Assembly (NCBI RefSeq): GCF_036321535.1 | Contig: NC_087436.1 | Location: 73,906,001-73,970,000 of the forward strand | Length of the DNA stretch: 64,000 nt | DNA from: Camelus dromedarius | Lineage: Eukaryota | Reading direction: 5' to 3' | Part shown: positions 61,406 to 64,000 of the stretch, one piece after another | How positions within the stretch are numbered: position 1 is the stretch's first letter | How the letters are laid out: each line of letters begins with the position of its first letter | Position numbers and translations under genes: made by a program | The notes under the pieces: model-generated | Seen by the model: the letters and a program-made list of their open reading frames with translations, nothing else | The model's database searches: none | Told to the model about the DNA's origin: nothing

Positions 61406-63239
61406 ATGATATTGTAAAATAAATCCATAAACTAAAAAAAACACTAACATGGGGAAAATTTTTTAAAAGAGGAAAATGAGATCTACTGATAAACACAATG
61501 TAAGACCAGTAGTGACACAATAACTAGATTGCAAGAGAAGCATCCCCTGATATCACCTGTCACTCCTCTACTGGAGAGGATTTCAGAGACATCAAACAGA
61601 GAGACCAGCTTCAAAACATAATAGAAACCACATGCTGAAAATGTCCTGTGATGCAGCACACAATGGGATGCCAATTTTTAGTAGTCCAGGCTTCCAATTT
61701 AATAGAAGCAATGTTGCAAGGGAGCTTAATGATACAGCTCTATTACTCAATGGAAAATATCCCAAGAACCTCTGCAGGGGGAAAACAGAGTACAGAAAAC
61801 CTAAGCTTGTCAAAGCAAAGGCAGTCATCTGGAGGGCTGGAAGTAAACTCCCACCCATGAGTTGGCCACGTCATAGAACTGGGGATGCTTGTGGTTTGGC
61901 ATCAGCTCAGAATGTCTAATCATCAGATTTTTAACCAAGCAACACATTATTGAAATCTCCTTGGCTTTTACTATCAGTACTGATTTGCTGAGTTGAGGTC
62001 AGATTGATGAGATAGAAAAATTTAAAGACAAATCATGAACCCCCTTTCCTCCAAGCTCTGGATCCAGCTCAGACTCCCTCCTTGGTAAAGCGCCCCCCTC
62101 CCCAACAGCACACATTCACCTCTCCTTGCGCCAGTCATAGAACAGCCTAATCGGTCATTTCAGGTAGTTTTTTAGGCTTTGCGGTCTTTTATCTTATCTC
62201 CTAAACAGGAATCCTAGCTATCTGAGGAGAAGCGAGGGAGAGTCAGGCCCAGAGAGAGAGGACATTTAATGATAGAAGTTACATGGTAGTTTCTCTGCTG
62301 TAAAGTATACATACAGCACCTAGAAACAGCTCAGTGACACAAACATAACCCACCTACAACAGATATGTTAGCTACCACAAGTCTAACATGTCAATGATAA
62401 TCATTGTCTTCTAGAGGATTTTGAAGGCCAGTATATACCTTTAAAGTCATTTGATTTCATTAAACTAAGAACTTTTTCTTGTCCAGGAATTTCCAGAAAG
62501 GGGCAAGGTAGTAACTTCCCCTCCCCCCCTTACCTGGATGGATCAGCCCTTCCTTTGGACCCCGTAACACATTACATAGGAATTTCTTAGGGAAAAAAGG
62601 GTTCAGGACAGAAAACATCTTCTAAAAATTGAAGTTAACAGGAATCAACATAAAGCAGGTGAGATTAGCAACAGAAAATGAGAAGGAAAGTACAGCTATA
62701 TTAGGTTAACTGCTGGCTTCTTCAAACAGAAGGTGCTGACCTACAAAAAAAAAGTGGAAGTTTTTTGTTTTTCCTTAAACTCTCCCCACAGTGACAATGC
62801 AGGTTTTAGAGACACATTGGTTCAATCAACAAAAGAGTACTAGAAAACTATATTTTCCCTTGACTGTTTTTACAAGGTGCCGGGAGAGAAGAACTTGATG
62901 CCAGGCAACCAGCGAGAGCAGAGGAAAGGCACAAACGGTTAAAGGCAAAGCCGCAGCCCAGGCCCTGTAACAGCAGCTTGATCGCTACACGCCCAAGGAG
63001 CCTTTAAAGCATACCTAGGGAAAGTGGTTGTCCCCGGACCGGTTCAGCCACATTCAGATATGGAGAGAACAATAGCTTGAGAATAGAATCAGAAACACAT
63101 AGATCTAGCACCTATTAGGTTGTGTATCTTATCAGTAATCCAAGCACCCTAAAGAGCTAAGTGAAGCCAGTTTCTTTTGTGGGTGGAAAGAAAAATCTAT
63201 GTTCCTTTATTCTAACAACTATTTAAAGTAGTGCTATAC

Positions 63240-63596
63240 CATATGAGATCGCTCATATGTGGAATCTGAAAAACAAAAACAAACAAACAAACAAAAACAA
63301 AGCGTAAATACAGGTAAATACAGGACAGAAATAGACTCATAGACAGAGAATACAGACTTGTGGTTGCCAGGGGGGTGGAGGGTGGGAAGGGATAGACTGG
63401 GATTTCAAAATTGTAGAATAGACTACACTGTATAGCACAGGGAAATATACACAAAATGTTATGATAACTCACAGAGAAAAAAATGTGACAATGAGTGTGT
63501 ATATGTCCATGAATGACTGAAAAATTGTGCTGAACACTGGAATTCGACACAACATTGTAAAGTGATTATAAATCAATAAAAAATGTTAAAAAATAA
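63240..63596 (+). mobile_element. Young 5'-truncated L1 3' end with perfect 16-bp TSD
   Basis: TSD taaagtagtgctatac at 63224-63239 and 63597-63612; same subfamily tail as 44785-44905. Confidence 0.9.
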
Positions 63597-64000
63597 TAAA
63601 GTAGTGCTATACTCATGGTTTTCTTGCAAAGTATAGATCTATGCATGCAAATCATCTGAACACTATGTCCGTGCCCAGCATAGTAGGTAGGAGATACCCA
63701 GCAACACAGATATGGTTTCTGTGTTCCAGGAGTTTACCCTCTATTTAGGGGGACAGTGATACACACATGCAAGATAGTCAACAATATAAAGTACATTGTA
63801 ATAAGTGGCCAATGAGTATACCAGGCAATGGTCTCTATAGTGTTCAGACAATGGATTCTATGAACTGAAATGGAAAGGTAGTGCTTGAAGTGAGCTAGGA
63901 AGAATGAATAAAAATTTGGCAAGCAGAGGAGGTCAAGGGGGTGCACACCTTATGGACAGCTAGGGTTGATTCAACTACCCTGCCTGGCTGGACAGAGTGA

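Noticed and set aside
61632..61919. 95-aa ORF near the L1
   Set aside because: No recognisable homology or splice or promoter context; length compatible with chance
1..64000. Prokaryotic-type systems (CRISPR arrays, operons, rRNA)
   Set aside because: Sequence is intron-rich mammalian DNA; no regularly spaced direct repeats or rRNA similarity seen

Overview
Mammalian genomic DNA, very probably camelid. The basis is four tRNA-Ala(AGC)-derived Vic-1-type SINEs plus cetartiodactyl-type L1 3' ends; this is pattern recognition, not a database match. The window holds two tandem minus-strand genes. SCARB2 (LIMP-2) coding exons 2-12 run from 56278 to 13860; all have GT-AG boundaries and total 1320 nt, matching the 478-aa human structure once the 117-nt exon 1 outside the window is added, and the 3'UTR extends to about 11170. 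About 2.9 kb downstream lie the CpG-island promoter and exons 1-3 of NUP54 (8233 to 4194). The rest is intronic and repeat-rich: a 5.6-kb decayed ERV provirus with 4-bp TSD and PBS-Arg, solo LTRs, a rearranged L1, many short L1 3' insertions with TSDs, MER elements and MIRs. Best leads: (1) a frame-preserving 162-nt FG-rich cassette exon and a candidate 33-nt microexon in NUP54 intron 1; (2) loss of both proposed pH-sensor histidines (H150P, H171R) in LIMP-2; (3) a candidate 46-nt SCARB2 exon that would replace the lysosomal dileucine tail; (4) a CLEAR-like E-box plus ISRE intronic enhancer candidate; (5) an apparently chimeric ERV1/ERVL provirus. I cannot establish a wholly new biological system from sequence alone. 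Repeat boundaries are approximate unless a TSD is quoted, and human reference comparisons are from memory.
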